Below are positions 37,097 to 50,754 of a stretch of 64,000 bases of DNA, piece after piece. Source of the stretch: Utricularia gibba (Eukaryota; Plantae; Magnoliophyta); NCBI GenBank assembly GCA_002189035.1, contig CM007992.1, forward strand, positions 372,001 to 436,000. Direction: 5' to 3'. A program made the position numbers and the translations under genes. The notes under the pieces were generated by a model, which searched no databases, was not told where the DNA came from, and worked only from the letters and a program-made list of their open reading frames with translations. Each line of letters opens with the position of its first letter. Positions within the stretch are counted from its first letter, which is position 1.

Positions 37097-39983
37097 TCAG
37101 AAGAAGCAGAGTTCGGTGTAAACATGGGAGAACGGCAGTAGCTCTTCCACTGCGATCCTTGAATCCGAGCAACTTGTGCTCTTTCTCAACCGGTTGGGAA
37201 CTGATTCTACTTCTGCCCAAAACATACTCGAAACTGGTCGATGATCTGAAAACCTGGACTCCCCACGAAGATATGAAAGTTGCCGGATGCCGCTTCCATA
37301 CCATAATATTCTATCACACCTTCATACAAGACTACTGCATCAGAACATAAACTGGCATACCGAAGCTTTGATCACTTGAGGTAAATTCTAAAATGTTTTA
37401 CCATGCAGGAGTCCTTCGTTTCCCTTTTGGGTGTGTATCATCGCCTGCATATCGATCTGAATCAATGGAATACTTATAGGTTGGTGGAAAATATATCTTC
37501 CCTTCTCTCCAGCCATCGAAAACTCGGCCACGTCTCTGCTCTAATCTCAGCTGCAAAGACAAAGGGAGGCATGCTTAATCAAAGTTTACAAGCAGCTGGA
37601 TAACCAGAGCAAGAGAAGCATACTTGATCCTTTTCTAATAATGCTCTCCAGTTTTGCATTTCAATAAGCACTTTTGCAGATCGGTACGGTAGCGCGATCC
37701 GATAGTTGAGATCCCCAAGCCAAAAGATTCGGCTGCATCCAAATTTCAAGGATAAGAAACCTGAGTTAGAAAACCTCATGGCATAACAAGGATCAAAATA
37801 ATGCTTACTCATGCTCAAGAATGGTCTCTGGAGATTTCTCCTCATGGATGCTGGTAACACGAGGAAACCGCGTTTTCCTTAATATTTCCATAAAATCTGC
37901 GTTTCTACGAAGCTCATCTCCCTCTTTCTGACCAGATGTCAAGTGACTACACACAAAGCAAAGACTTGTATGGTGCAGCAGCATGCTTATTGAGATGGAT
38001 CCCTGCAAAATGACAGTTCCAGACTAAGTTTTTACCACTCAAGAGCTCCACAAATCTTTACTTGGATGACTTCTAGCAAGTTTAATGAAGAGAACTACCT
38101 TGTTGCCCAAATACCCCATCAATCCTCTGCCAATACATGAAACCTTCACATTCCGAACATGCTCTCTCAGTTCGGTTCGAACCCAAATAGTAAGAAATAT
38201 TCCAACCATTTGCTTGCTAGCCACCAAATGGTATCTTGAATATCCATGCATTGTGTATGCATCTTCTCCTGGTGCATTTGCACCATAGGGCCTTGGAGAA
38301 TACAACACGGTGCTAGGTGAATCCCCTGGTAGATAATCCTCATCTGAACCGAAACGAGAAAAATCGCTCGCCCTCTGGCCCAACGAATAGTCACTTGTCC
38401 TCCTGCTAGAAGAATAGTCACTCACTCTATGGCTGGAAGAATAATCACTGGGCCTCTGGCTAGAGGAAGAATCACTTGGTCTATAAGCACATCTCATGTT
38501 TGGACCATAATCACTTGCCCTGTGGCCAAATATAACCCGGTCGGAGACACTGTATCGCCGATCAAGTCGAGGCTGAGGGGTTGATGCATCATTCCCCATT
38601 GTCCAGCCTTGGGGTGTTTGGAAAGAGCGACGAGGAAAGAATGATGAAGCTTTCAGACCAATGGATCCCTCAAAGTCTGCATTCCATTCAGCAACTGGTT
38701 CAGGAATAGGTGATGGTGCATACCGGCCACTTCCCACACTAAATCCCGGAGCATTGTTCAATGTTCTCTTGATGAGAGACAGCCACTTCTTTGCCGGGCC
38801 GTTGTCCTCTGCTCCAAGAATGTTTCCAGCATTCAGAGGAACTATTTCTTGAAATCTAAAGTTCAAAAAAATTCAAAGCAGCTGTAAGAAATCAAAAAAA
38901 TGCATCACTGTTTCAAACACAAACAAGGATCATACCCTAGCACATAGATGTCAGCTGGAGGTGAAGAATGAAGCCAGTCATCCAAGTTCATATTGCTATG
39001 AGGTGATTTTCCACCCACATTCCAAGTTGATACAAAGATACTATTGAAATTCAAGAATAGAATGCAGTGAGCTAAAATACCATAAGCAAGACAATATGTT
39101 AGTCCATAAACACAAACCTGTAATTCTGTATATTGATAATCTGAGGATGATCTAGATAAGTTCTACCACGCCTTGACTGCGAGCGTGCATTCGAAAACGG
39201 ATGCTCTATGCCCTTCGCTGTTTTTCCTGTAGAAACAGAGATGCAGCGCAGATCAAATATGAGGATTTGGTAAGTGATGTTTATGATCAATGTCATAAAA
39301 TACAATGCCAATAAAATTCTAAGGAACTTTTTAACGAATAATCAAGTTGCAAGCATAGCCCTGAAACCTGTCTTGGTTTTCTTGACAGTAGAAGCTTCTC
39401 TCTCAGGAAAACTTCTTCTCCATACATCATCTCCTACATGGAAACGTTAAGTTTACTTAAACTCCGGCTTAACTTCAAACATTAATACTCAACAAGGCCA
39501 AGAATGTCATCAGAATTGTGCTTTAGAGGTGATTTTAAGGGCAAAAAACAAAGCCCATCCCTTCCATGAAGCGCAACAAAAACAATACATAAAGAAACTT
39601 AAAAAGACAAACTACTGCAAAACCAGACAGTGGAATTTTATAACCTACATATTTGCCCAGTTGGGTTTCTCATGAGTCATTGTTTTAGAGCTACAAAAGT
39701 GGAAGAATACAAACAAGGGATGATGTAGCAACAAACAAGAATTGAGTAGTTGGTTTCTGAGAATCAAATCTCTCACCCTTGTTAACATCATCATCGGCAT
39801 TGCGGTTCTCGCCTCTACACTTGATATTGAACCATTTCCTGATCAGCTTCTTTGACCAGAAGAGCTTCCACTAAACCCCAACCCATTTCAGTAAAAGAAA
39901 TACAGAAAAACAGGAAATCAGGGGGGAAAGAAGAGAAATGCGCAAAAAAAAACCTTGCTTCTCTTCGAATTCCGATCTCTCAT
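37097..39983 (-). CDS. Type I inositol polyphosphate 5-phosphatase (CVP2/IP5P-like), multi-exon
   Basis: [25 protein letters not shown] start, [51 protein letters not shown] and [10 protein letters not shown]. Ends TELCFF*. Confidence 0.95.
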
Positions 39984-41499
39984 TGTGTTGGACTATTCCT
40001 TCATGAAGCAGTCTCCTCAGGATTCCCTTCCCACCCTCTTTTCAAAGAAAAAAAAAACCTGATCTTCGGCTGGATTAATCGCTCCCAAGATTTAACATTC
40101 GCAAGCGTCGCAAAATTCGCGAATGGGTAGTCCGGATTTCTCTGAAAAGCAATCACTCTTCAGCCATTTTTGTTACTCTGGGTTTCACCAAGAATCCCCG
40201 AACAAAGATTGCGTCTAACCACCGTATAAACGCACTGAAGGAGACTTTCTCAGGGTGTACAGAACTTATGAAACCCCAACAACACTAAACAAATTGAGAC
40301 AACTCGAGAACACAAAGGACAATGGAATTATGGGAACGAGGGAGACGTATGATTTCTCAGTCTTTTCCTCTTAGAGAGACAACCTCGATACCAGCAATGA
40401 AACGATAGCATTATAGCCTTAGAATTTGAGCAGAATAAAGTGCAGTCACCCCAGAGCAGTCCCCCTTTTCCCCTTCTCGCAGATACCCATGTGTGTCTGT
40501 GTGTGTGTTTCCCCTCCCTCACCCAACTCCACCATTAATCGCCCCTATCGCAGCGCCATTGTGTGGTAAGCATTTCTAAAAAAAAACTCTGACATCGACC
40601 TCCACAAGACGACCCAAGGAGCCCCATCCAAGGGACAGGTCATCGTGCAACCAAAACGAGGCCCCCAAGATTCAAGACGCCAACTTTGCTGCGTAAAGGG
40701 GTGCCCCTTGGTCAGCAAAAGCGCCCGGAGTCCTCAAAATTTGGCGAAAAAGACCATCTGGCGTTGCCCACCCACAGCTTAAAGCAAATAAAGGAAGGAA
40801 AATAAAGAGAACCGCAACAGTAGGATTATCATCGCGGTTTCCCATGCAAATCATCTTTTTACATTTCCCCGAAGATGATGTCCGAAAAAATTCTATTATA
40901 AAACTATTATGGGAATTAAAAGTAATTTTCTAAATTTTTATTTTTTTAATGAAAAATATTAAAATTAAATCAAAAAAATTATAATTTAGACAGAATTGGG
41001 TTTAACCTTAAGCTCAATCCCAAATTTTTCAACATAATTCTACAAAATATAATATTATTTTAAATATATATTTATAAAACTTTAATACCAAATAAAGTTT
41101 TAATTTGAATCAGAAAACATGGAAACAATTCCCAAATTTGATTTCATTAATTCTTTTATATCATGAATTTGGATATTCAACATGACGTCATAATTCAATT
41201 TTATTAATAGTTTGGATTTTATCAAAATGGTGAATAGTATTGAGGCACACTCAACAAGCAAAGCATCAAACCACCCCACAAGCAAATGAAATAATAATAT
41301 ATAATATTAATCCCCCAAAAGTTATCCTATTTTGATAGATATTTTAAAAGGTAGAAAAGAAAACACAATTTGGGCTTTCATACTGGGCCTCATACATGTT
41401 TCATATTGGGCCTAAAAGCCCAACACCTCAAAATGATCACTACAAGTTCATTCACATAGCCGGTTTCCAGCATTTGCAACTTCCACATGGATCTTCATC

Positions 41500-43671
41500 T
41501 TACCCTTTGGTTCTGACGATGGTGATGCTGCCTTCACCGCCTTCTGTTCGAATCTTGGTCTTCCCTACCACAGGCTTCCCGGAGAATGCCGATGTGGGAT
41601 ACGAAAGCGAAGCGTCTTGCTCCGTTTTGCTCGATTTCGGAGTGTGCAGCCTCTGGTTTATGTCCTTGAGAGTCATGTCTCCATGTGCAGCGCAGGGCTT
41701 GATGAAGGTGAATGGGTAGATGATGGAAGAGGCGAGCTTAGGAGGTGTGCGCATGTATGACTTTTTACCTGAATGGTGAGCACCAGGGCAGGAATTAAAT
41801 GTCAGTGTGCCAGGAAGGAGAAAGGAGGACAATGCTGACACCTTTGAGTGTGATGTTCTGAGTTGTGTGAACAGGGAGCTTTTCTACAGCATTTGCATCG
41901 TGCTCGAATAAGTTGCCACAAGGCCCTGCAAAGAGCAATGGTGGGAGACAAAGTCATTGGTGCACAAGAATCTATAACAACTTGGAGGAGTTTCTGGTTC
42001 TGATTCCTACCAGAAACATCATTCTGAACAGCAGATGCTCCTGGTGCAATCCTATTTTGACATGCAATATGGTCAGGGGTGATATGAAAGAAGCTATGAT
42101 AAATCAGCGAGCATACATATCATCGTTAAAGCAGTCATCAATCCACCGTTCAGCTGAAGGATCCAGATGCTCATCACTGACAAGATCTGTTTCATCTGCA
42201 AATGGTAGCTTATCAGTGTCATTGTATCTAAGCAAAGATGTTGTTGATCGAATAAACTAGAAAGATTCATCAAACCTGCAAATACGGACACCCAATCAGA
42301 TATATCGGCCATGTTATCTTCAAAACTATCCACTTTCTCCTGAAAATTAAAGCATACATCCTTGATGGCTATGAATTTTCCTATGAAACCGACTTTTGAG
42401 CTGAAATTCAACACGTGAACTGAAAATAGCTTCTAGTCTGTTGAGAGAACTCGGTCACGGATCTAACAAACTCAATTGGAACTGACCTTGGATCTCAAAT
42501 ACACCTCATTGTTGCATAGAGATGCATCCAGAAAATCTGGCTCGAAGTGAAGCATTCTGCGCCTTTTCAGCTGGGAGCAAGGCTCCATGTCTTGCTCTAT
42601 CTCCTTCCCATGGATTCCTGTAGTACGCTGATATCATGAACATGCTTCTGGTCGCAAGAAAATAACATTGCATTCCACAAATTTTCAGGATCATTTCAAA
42701 TGCAAGCAACATATTGGGGACATTGAAAAGACTGCTCCACCAACATATTCATCGTTCAATCTTTTCAAAGGACACCATCAAAAAATGTAAGAACAGGTCT
42801 CTTGGAATCTAGAGCACATTCTTTGCAACTCAACCGGCGAAAGAGATAATCATGGTGAACTGACAGATACATCATAGTAGTATCATCACCCACCCTTGAC
42901 ATCATCTTGATTGAAACATCACCATTACAGAAGACAACGCATGAGCTACAGTAGGCGAAAGAGGATACATTTCTCAAATAGTTAGGAAGTAACATTCAAG
43001 AAAGTTGATTCCCACCATTGCCATGTAAATGATGAGACAGACCACTACAAGACTTGAGTGGTGTAGTTGTAACATCGAACGTGCAACCGACATGACCTTC
43101 CCTTTGGTCCGATGCAGGCACTAAGCTTTTGGATACTTCTGCAGCTGAGTGGGGCAAACCAAAGTCAGTACCCTGGCTAAAGCCTCGTACTGTACAAAGT
43201 GTAATGGAATCCATAACCGATTCAGTAAGCAACTACATACCAGCGTTAGTATTATCAGCAAGAGAAGAATTCAGGCCCTGCCAAGCCCATCCTTCGACCT
43301 CACTGGTGCAAACAGGTGAAAAATATGTCACCAACACATTGTACATGAAGTATACAAGGTGATAAAACTAACTAAACAATGAATTTCTTATAGGAAATTT
43401 AGCATTTCCCACTAAATGACAAGGCTACCGTCAAATATCATGCTCTTAGCTACCCAGATCCTCCAAGAAGCACACACACAAAAAAGCATTGGCCGCACAG
43501 GCATTACACATATACAGCAACGCTTCCCCCTTCCTCTTTCAACTTCACCAAACTTAAAACCAACACCATAAGTGGATAAAACACACTACTAGTAAGTAGC
43601 AACCAACACAGCGATCCAAAACAACAAAAATGTTAGGATTCAGAGACCCACCCATCATTGTCATAGTTCAT
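41500..43671 (-). CDS. XRI1: XRI1 (X-ray induced transcript 1) family protein, about 9 short exons
   Basis: MNYDNDG/EVEGWAWQG, FDVTTTPLKSC, SQLKRRRMLHF, WIDDCFND, YPFTFIKPC...DMTLKDINQR and the conserved C-terminus YPTSAFSGKPVVGKTKIRTEGGEGSITIVRTKG. Confidence 0.88.
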
Positions 43672-44423
43672 GTTTTCTTGGTTTTCAGCCCACGTCCACT
43701 CCGCACAAACTGGGCGCCGTCCTTCAACACCCACAACAGTAAAACCCAAAGAAGAAACGTTAAATATCAACAACCCACACAACGAACGCTCGGATTCGAC
43801 TCCCCGCTACAGCATATTACACAGTTCCGTTAATGCCACATTCGATCTTTCCCCGCGTATGTAGCGTAGTCCAAAAGATTTCCAGCTACACTTGTCCGGC
43901 GTGAGAAATCTGCCCTTCTCTAAGACATTTAAAAGACAACAGCTCTAGAAATCTGGAGCAATCGTAGGCAAGAAGAAGACAGACACTGACTACTCTTCAA
44001 TGGCTCTGCTACGGGCCGGGTTATCTACCCTGGGAAAATTCCTTTTTCCCCCCTCGGGAGAATTAATTATATACTTTTTCAAAAACAATTTTAATAACCT
44101 TCTAATAAATTAAAATCCCAATTACTTGTTAAAAATATAAAAATATATTTCTATTTTTCTAATAAATTATTTATAATACAATTTTCTATGTCCCAACAAA
44201 AACCCAGACGTGATGCCTTCTACAGAGGCAAATGCAGAAGAATCAAACATTCAGGTTTTCCGAAGGGAAGAAGAGCATCCATGGTACATACAAAACTGAG
44301 TAGAAAGGAGGGACAAATGTTCAACTCGGAGAGCAAAAAACAGTTGCTTCCCAGAAAATGAAGATCCGTACAACCATGGCTTTATAGGGAAAAACAACCC
44401 AACTAGCTGAGGTGCTTACTCAG

Positions 44424-45842
44424 TTAGGCACCAACAACTTCATTGGGCTCAGCTGCGGGCTCTTCAGCTGGCCTATCCAGCTTCACGCCAACATCTTCGC
44501 TGTAGTCGCCATGAACCTAGAAAGGCAGTAGGTACTTGTTAATTAGAATTGAGTGGAAATAGAAGAGACCGCGTCGAGGTAGAGGAAGTGTCTGTTACCT
44601 CCATCAACTTCCCGAGATCGAACTTGGGAGCTTTCAGTATCTTCACCTTTCTGATGTACACATTCTGCAGGGGATAGATGCTTGAGGTTGCCTTCTCAAT
44701 CTCCTTGCCGATTGACTCGGGGATAAATTTTTGAACAAGTTCTTTAAGATCACAGGATTGTGCCTGGTTGACCATGATTTCCCTCATCTTTCTGCGGATC
44801 TGTTACGAAAGAAGCAGGGAAAAACAACGTAGGTGCAAATATTATATAATGTTCAAGAAGTAGAGAAATAATGCACGTAATAGTGCATTACTTGACGGAT
44901 TTGACTTGACTGAGCATAGCACGTCCTTTTTTGCTGATTGGCACGCTTCTTGGTGAAGGCAATGCAGAACAGCCTCAGTGTGTAGTTATCTGTTGTCTTT
45001 ACATCGACATGAGCTTCAATTAAGGATTGCCATTTCTTGACCAAAGATCTCAATTTGTCGGTAGTGAAGTTCATGCCCTGCAATATCCGAACAACTCTTA
45101 AGCCAACTATGAATACAAAGTGCAGAGGATGAGAAAGAATAGAATTAACTCTTAAACCTACCCAGAAGTTGGTCAGAACATTCTTTCCCTGGACATCCTC
45201 AGCTCTCAGACGAATCTTTCGGAAGGCATGATCCTCATCATTTTGAAGATCAGCCAAACTGACCTCAAAGACGCGGTGCTTCAGTCCTTCTGAAGCAATC
45301 TAGTTGAATTATGAAATTAAATCATATATCCAGATTGAGATTCGATAGAAAGATGATGTTTTTTTGTTTCTGACACGAAGAGCAGAATAGAATCACGATC
45401 TCAAATACTAAAATACGAGCACACATTACAATATGTAACATTCCGGACACAAATAACCCACCCAACATCTCGTAACATAGAAATGCAAGGAAAATCACCT
45501 TTGTACCCTGGGTTCGAGTCACCAGAGTTTTCCCCACGCTTCTTACGTTGAAAATTGATGGCGCCTTGATATCATACCAATCCTTCTTGGAAAATGGATC
45601 GACACTGCGGCCATTTGCAGCGAAACAAGCAATTGTGAATAAAAAGGATAGAAAAACCGAATTACATCCTGATCATAATATACACTCACGCTTTCTTCTT
45701 GCCTCCCTTCTTGCCCTTCGAAATCCTCTTGTTCTTACTGCACAAACACACAATACGCTAAAATCAAACACGAAATCGCGCGAGAAGAATATCCAGAATA
45801 ATTTAAACAAAAAATGCTACAGCTGCAGTACCCGACGGCCAT
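44424..45842 (-). CDS. RPS3A: 40S ribosomal protein S3a (eS1), multi-exon
   Basis: [55 protein letters not shown] and [20 protein letters not shown]. Confidence 0.98.
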
Positions 45843-45932
45843 GCTGGCGCAGAAGGGGATCCTTCAAGAGCGGAGAGAGCAGAAATGAACACCACAGAAG
45901 CTCTCAGCCCTAGCCAGGCGGCGATGGCACTG

Positions 45933-46000
45933 TATTTATAAAAATGGGCCGAGAATGCGTGATCACCAGCCCACTTTCAAGTTTCAGACATAACTGGGCC
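45933..46000 (-). promoter_or_regulatory. RPS3a core promoter: TATA-like box plus three site II (TGGGCY) elements
   Basis: TATA at 45933-45943 and TGGGCY at 45945, 45968 and 45995. Site II motifs are typical of plant ribosomal protein promoters. Confidence 0.55.
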
Positions 46001-46089
46001 TGAGGCCTATTCCATTTCCTATTTTCAAATCCAACCAAATATTTTCTTTTTACACCTCATTTATTTTTCCGCATCGCCCCACGCGTGGG

Positions 46090-46312
46090 GTTATTTAGAA
46101 AACGACCCCTACACAAAATTTACCTCAGAAACGACCCACTATTCCAAAGTAATTACAACAGTACCCATTTTTCATTATATATTATATTCAAATAAGTATT
46201 ATACCTCTTTACTGTTTTCTAAAATACAAAAAATAAAATTACAATATTTTTGTGATAAATGTGGGTAGTTTTCTAAAATAAATGTTCGTGTAGGGGTGGT
46301 TTTCTAAATAAC
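46090..46312. mobile_element. MITE-like non-autonomous element (~220 bp, Mutator-like long imperfect TIRs)
   Basis: GTTATTTAGAAAACGACCCCTACAC (46090-46114) is the reverse complement of 46288-46312 with one mismatch. Subterminal inverted repeats and an AT-rich interior. The terminal 16-mer recurs at 62143-62158. No clear TSD. Confidence 0.7.
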
Positions 46313-48457
46313 TGAAGGATTGATTCTCTTCTAAAATATTTTTATTATAAAATAATTATTAGTATTAATGCAGGGTCGCAGTTGGGGGTTCTGTAGCGGC
46401 GGCGTAGGGTTGGGGATGGCGGGTTCCCAAGGCGAGCCCGGAAAATCTAATTTGACAGCGGAGGGCATCTCACTCGCAGAGACGTCACTCTCCTCATTAA
46501 TTCTTTTTACAACCATTATTTTCTATTTATTTATTCTTATTAGGTTTTAATATTCATTATTTTATTATTATTACTATTTAAAATTTTAGTATTCATAATA
46601 TACACCATTTTAACATAATAATTGACATTAGTATTCAATTATTACTTTAAACCTTTGATTGATTAGTGAATATTAAATATATTCGATTTCCAATAATATT
46701 GGGAATGTACTAGAAAATTAATTTTAGTACGTCAAATAGAGAGTTAAAATGATTATTTTTCTACATGGTCCGAATAAATCATGTTTTAAATTTGAGAATT
46801 AAAGCTATGTTTTGAAAAAAAATTTAAAATCTATTTTTAATTTTCAAAAATAAAAATAATATTATTCTAGAATAATATCAATTGTAAAAGTAATTTTATC
46901 AAAAAAAATATTTTTAAAATTATACTATAAAAATTATTTTTAGAAAAGTAATTAATATTTTATTTTTACTTTTAATTTTTATTTTTCCAAAATAATTTTC
47001 AAAAATAAAATAATTTTCAAAAATTTTCCATAACACTAATTAAGTATACTTATACGTCAAATTTTGAAGATTTAATAATATGTGATACGTAAAATGTTGT
47101 GTATGGAGTAAATTACAATTTAATGCCAAAGTAGCGACATGCAATAACACCGGTAGATGTCGTTTTTATTTTCATTCTTTGGGAAGTGGTGTCAATCAAT
47201 TAATTAAGCCGTTTGTCGTTAATCCCCCCACGGGGTTTCTTTCAACTTGTAGTTTTCAATTTGCGCCCCAATTTTTCGCCTCCTCTAAGTCGGCAATGTG
47301 GACAATGAGGACCGGGGGAAGGAAGTGATTGATGAAATTGGCACCAAAATCCGAGATTTGAATACAATTCCCTTTTCGTGTAATTATGAGGAAAAAATGT
47401 ATTATAAGATTAGAAATATATATCTATTTAAATTTATTTAAATATATGAAAATTTTCATCAGTAATTAATATGGTATATCATTATTAACTCAACTCCTTC
47501 ATCTTACATTTTTTTCTACTCAGATAGTGAGTGACATCTTTGAGTGTTGTGTTACATCATTGACATATGTTTGGGTTTCGCTAAGATTTCAAACATTACG
47601 ATCCACACAACCCAAATCCGAAACATGAATTGTAGATGTAAATCACGTGGATTCCAACTTCGAAAATTATCCACAAATTATTAAATAAAATATTAATCGA
47701 TAAAATCTCAAATAGTGATCAACTAGTTCAAGTCCCACATGTTGAACCCAAAAGTTGTGAGGAGCATAAAATCGTCCCATAAAAATAATATTTAATTAAA
47801 TTATTGATCTTGACCACAACTCACTGTTGTACGTGACCTTGATGAGGTAAGCGTGGGTGGGGGAGGTGGGAATAGTACTTCATTTTTGTTTATATAGCAG
47901 AATTAATTTCGTGTTTCTTACCCTTAAAATATGAATTTATTTTTTATTGGAAGAAATTCTGAAAAATACCAAATAAAAACTTAGAAGTCGTTTTAATTAA
48001 TTTATGTGTAAACTTGAGTATAAATCTTCTACACTATAACATAAAACACTCTCTTATTGTCTGAATATATGTGCGGATTATGGACTTAAATGGCTAATAA
48101 AACAAAAATAGATATTGACTTTGAAATAAAGGAATAAATAAATATTATTTCCGAATTTCTTTTGGCCTCGTTATTGCAATAATATGGAAGGGGTGGGTGT
48201 CGGTTAACGGCAGATGGGAGGTTTGGGGGCAGAACTGTAATTGTGTAGTAAATGGAGTCCCGTTTTATGAATAATTTTTCTCTTTCGCTGCACACAACTT
48301 TACTGACAGCTCGGCCCCCACCCCCTTCCCTTTCTCTCTCTACACCTCCGTTTTCCACTTTCTTCTTCTCAATCCACGCTCTCTATAAACATCCTCCGTC
48401 ATCCCACTACCTTCATTTCACTTCGCTTCGCGGAACCCCACATCTGTTTCCCCCCTA

Positions 48458-50754
48458 ATGGAGAAACCCCATTTGCATCCACTTTTCCGCCCGCCGCCGC
48501 CGCAGACGGAGCCCATGGAGTTTCTCTGCCGTTCTTGGAGTCTTTCCGCCCGTGAGATCTCCAAGGCTATTGCCCCACCTTCACAACTTCCCACTAAGAG
48601 TGCTCCGCGTGCCAGCTGCGTAGACGCCATACCTGAACAGGGCTCGCCGGAGGCGGAGGAGGCGCCCCGCTCCTCGATTAACCCGTTTTCCTTTGCTTCT
48701 TCGGAGACGTCGATGCTTGTAATGGAAAGGATCATGTCGCAATCCGTGAGTTTTTTTGTTTCTTTTCGTTGCTTGAGAGCTTGTTCTGTTGAGATTTTGG
48801 TCGTTTCTGGTTTGTCTATTGTGTGGTGATGGAGTTTTTATCTTCTGGGTTGGGGTTGAGCCGACTGAAGAAACCATTGATGAACATTTAAAGAATGTGC
48901 CCTTTGGTATCTCCTTCCTCAAGTTCTTAATACATGTCTTTCATGGTGGGTACAACTTCTGCAGCAGGATGTATCACCCCGGACATCTGGTCGGCTTTCT
49001 CACAGTAGTGGCCCTCTCAATGGTGGTCTGAGCTGTGGCTCCCTCTCTGACAGTCCCCCTGTTTCGCCATCAGAAATCGACAATCCAAAGGTGTGATTCA
49101 CTTCTTTAGCTTCCTTTTTTGCTTCCGTCTTTTTCTGCGGTTTTCCGGCGTTTCCGATGAACGGGTAACCAGGCATTCGGCAATGCCGGAGAAGAGAATT
49201 CATATGGACAAGATTTGTAGATTCGTTGCATTTTTGCCTTCAAAGTTGCTGGTTGTTCGATGAATTTAAGGATGGCACCCACCATCTTCTCTGTCTGCGG
49301 TTCCTGTTAAATTCTTGGTGTTTTGCTAAGACGCCACAAAATTGACAGATCAGTTTTCTGGTGGGGTATTCCCCAGCGTGGAGTAATCCGCGTGAATTAT
49401 AATGCCCATTTCACTCTTACCTTTGACATTGACTTATACCTCTCGCAGTATCACCGGCCAGTGAGCATTCCGATGAAGTACTCCGTTGCGGCCGCCGCAA
49501 ACGGCGGGGGTAATAAAACTGTTGGGAGATGGCTGAAGGACCGGAAAGAGAAGAAGAAGGAAGAGTTAAGGGCCCACAATGCGCAACTCCACGCGGCGGT
49601 TTCTGTCGCCGGCGTAGCCTCCGCGATCGCTGCAATCGCCGCTGCGACTGCCGCTTCCTCCGCGAAGGACGAGCAGGCGGCTAGAACTAATCTGGCGCTG
49701 GCTTCCGCGGCCACGTTGGTGGCGGCGCAATGCGTTGAGGCGGCGGAAGCGATGGGGGCAGAGCGTGAGCATTTAGCTTCGGTAGTGAGTTCTGCTGTCA
49801 ATTGTTCCTCCGCAAGCGACATCATGACCCTTACTGCCGCCGCCGCAACAGGTATAATCCCTCCCATTACCACAATTCTCAATGATTCCATTCCCCTATT
49901 TCACCCTTCCTAAAATGATTTTGTAAAAAAAAAAAAATGTAGCTCTCCGGGCTGCCACTACCTTGAAGGCAAGAACACTAAAGGATGTTTGGAATGGGAA
50001 CCCGACGGGTGGCCACCGAGGCGACACGCCGGAGCAAAACTTCCTCGCAGAGTGTAACCGGGAACTTCTCACTAGAGGCTGTGAGCTTCTCAAGAGAACA
50101 AGAAAGGGTAATTAATCTCTTGTTTAATCTCTATTCTTCTTCAATCAAACACCTCATCAAGCTGCTTAATCCAGGTGATCTGCACTGGAAAATCGTGTCG
50201 GTCTATATCAACAAGCTGGGTCAGGTAAGTTTGTCGTTTTACACACTTTATGCAATCAGATCAAAGCAAAACCTCACCAAATCCTCATAACAATGCAGGT
50301 AACACTGAAGATGAAGAGCAGGCACGTAGCAGGGACAATGACAAAAAAGAAAAAGAGTGAGTTTTGTTTTTCTCTTCGATCTTTCCGCAAACGAACTGGG
50401 CACAGTGTGGTGGTTTCTTGTCCATCGGATTGGGGAAAGCAAAAAGAAGAGAATTTGACTTAAAGCCACAGAAAGAGAACATTCACACTCATGATCTGAT
50501 CCTTTTCTTTCCTTCCTTCTTTCCCTCCCCTTGATTTCAGATGTGGTGTTGGAGTTAGTGAAAGACGTTCCAGCATGGCCGGGTCGACACTTACTCGAAG
50601 GCGGGACCAGCGCCGATACTTCGGGCTGAGGACGGTGTCCCGTGGCCTGGTTGAGTTCGAATGCAAGAACCAGAGGGAGCATCAGGCCTGGACGCAGGGG
50701 ATCGCAAGGTTGCTGGAGATGGCAGACCAGAGGAGCAGCAAACACATATTCTAG
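48458..50754 (+). CDS. FORKED-like / VAN3-binding protein (DUF828 plus plant PH-like domain), multi-exon
   Basis: [71 protein letters not shown] and YFGLRT...VEFEC. Needs +1 G at 50603-50605. Confidence 0.93.

Noticed and set aside
42052-42116. Apparent stop after CFNDDM in XRI1, suggesting a pseudogene
   Set aside because: Resolved by a 65 nt GT-AG intron that restores the frame into IAPGASAVQNDVS.
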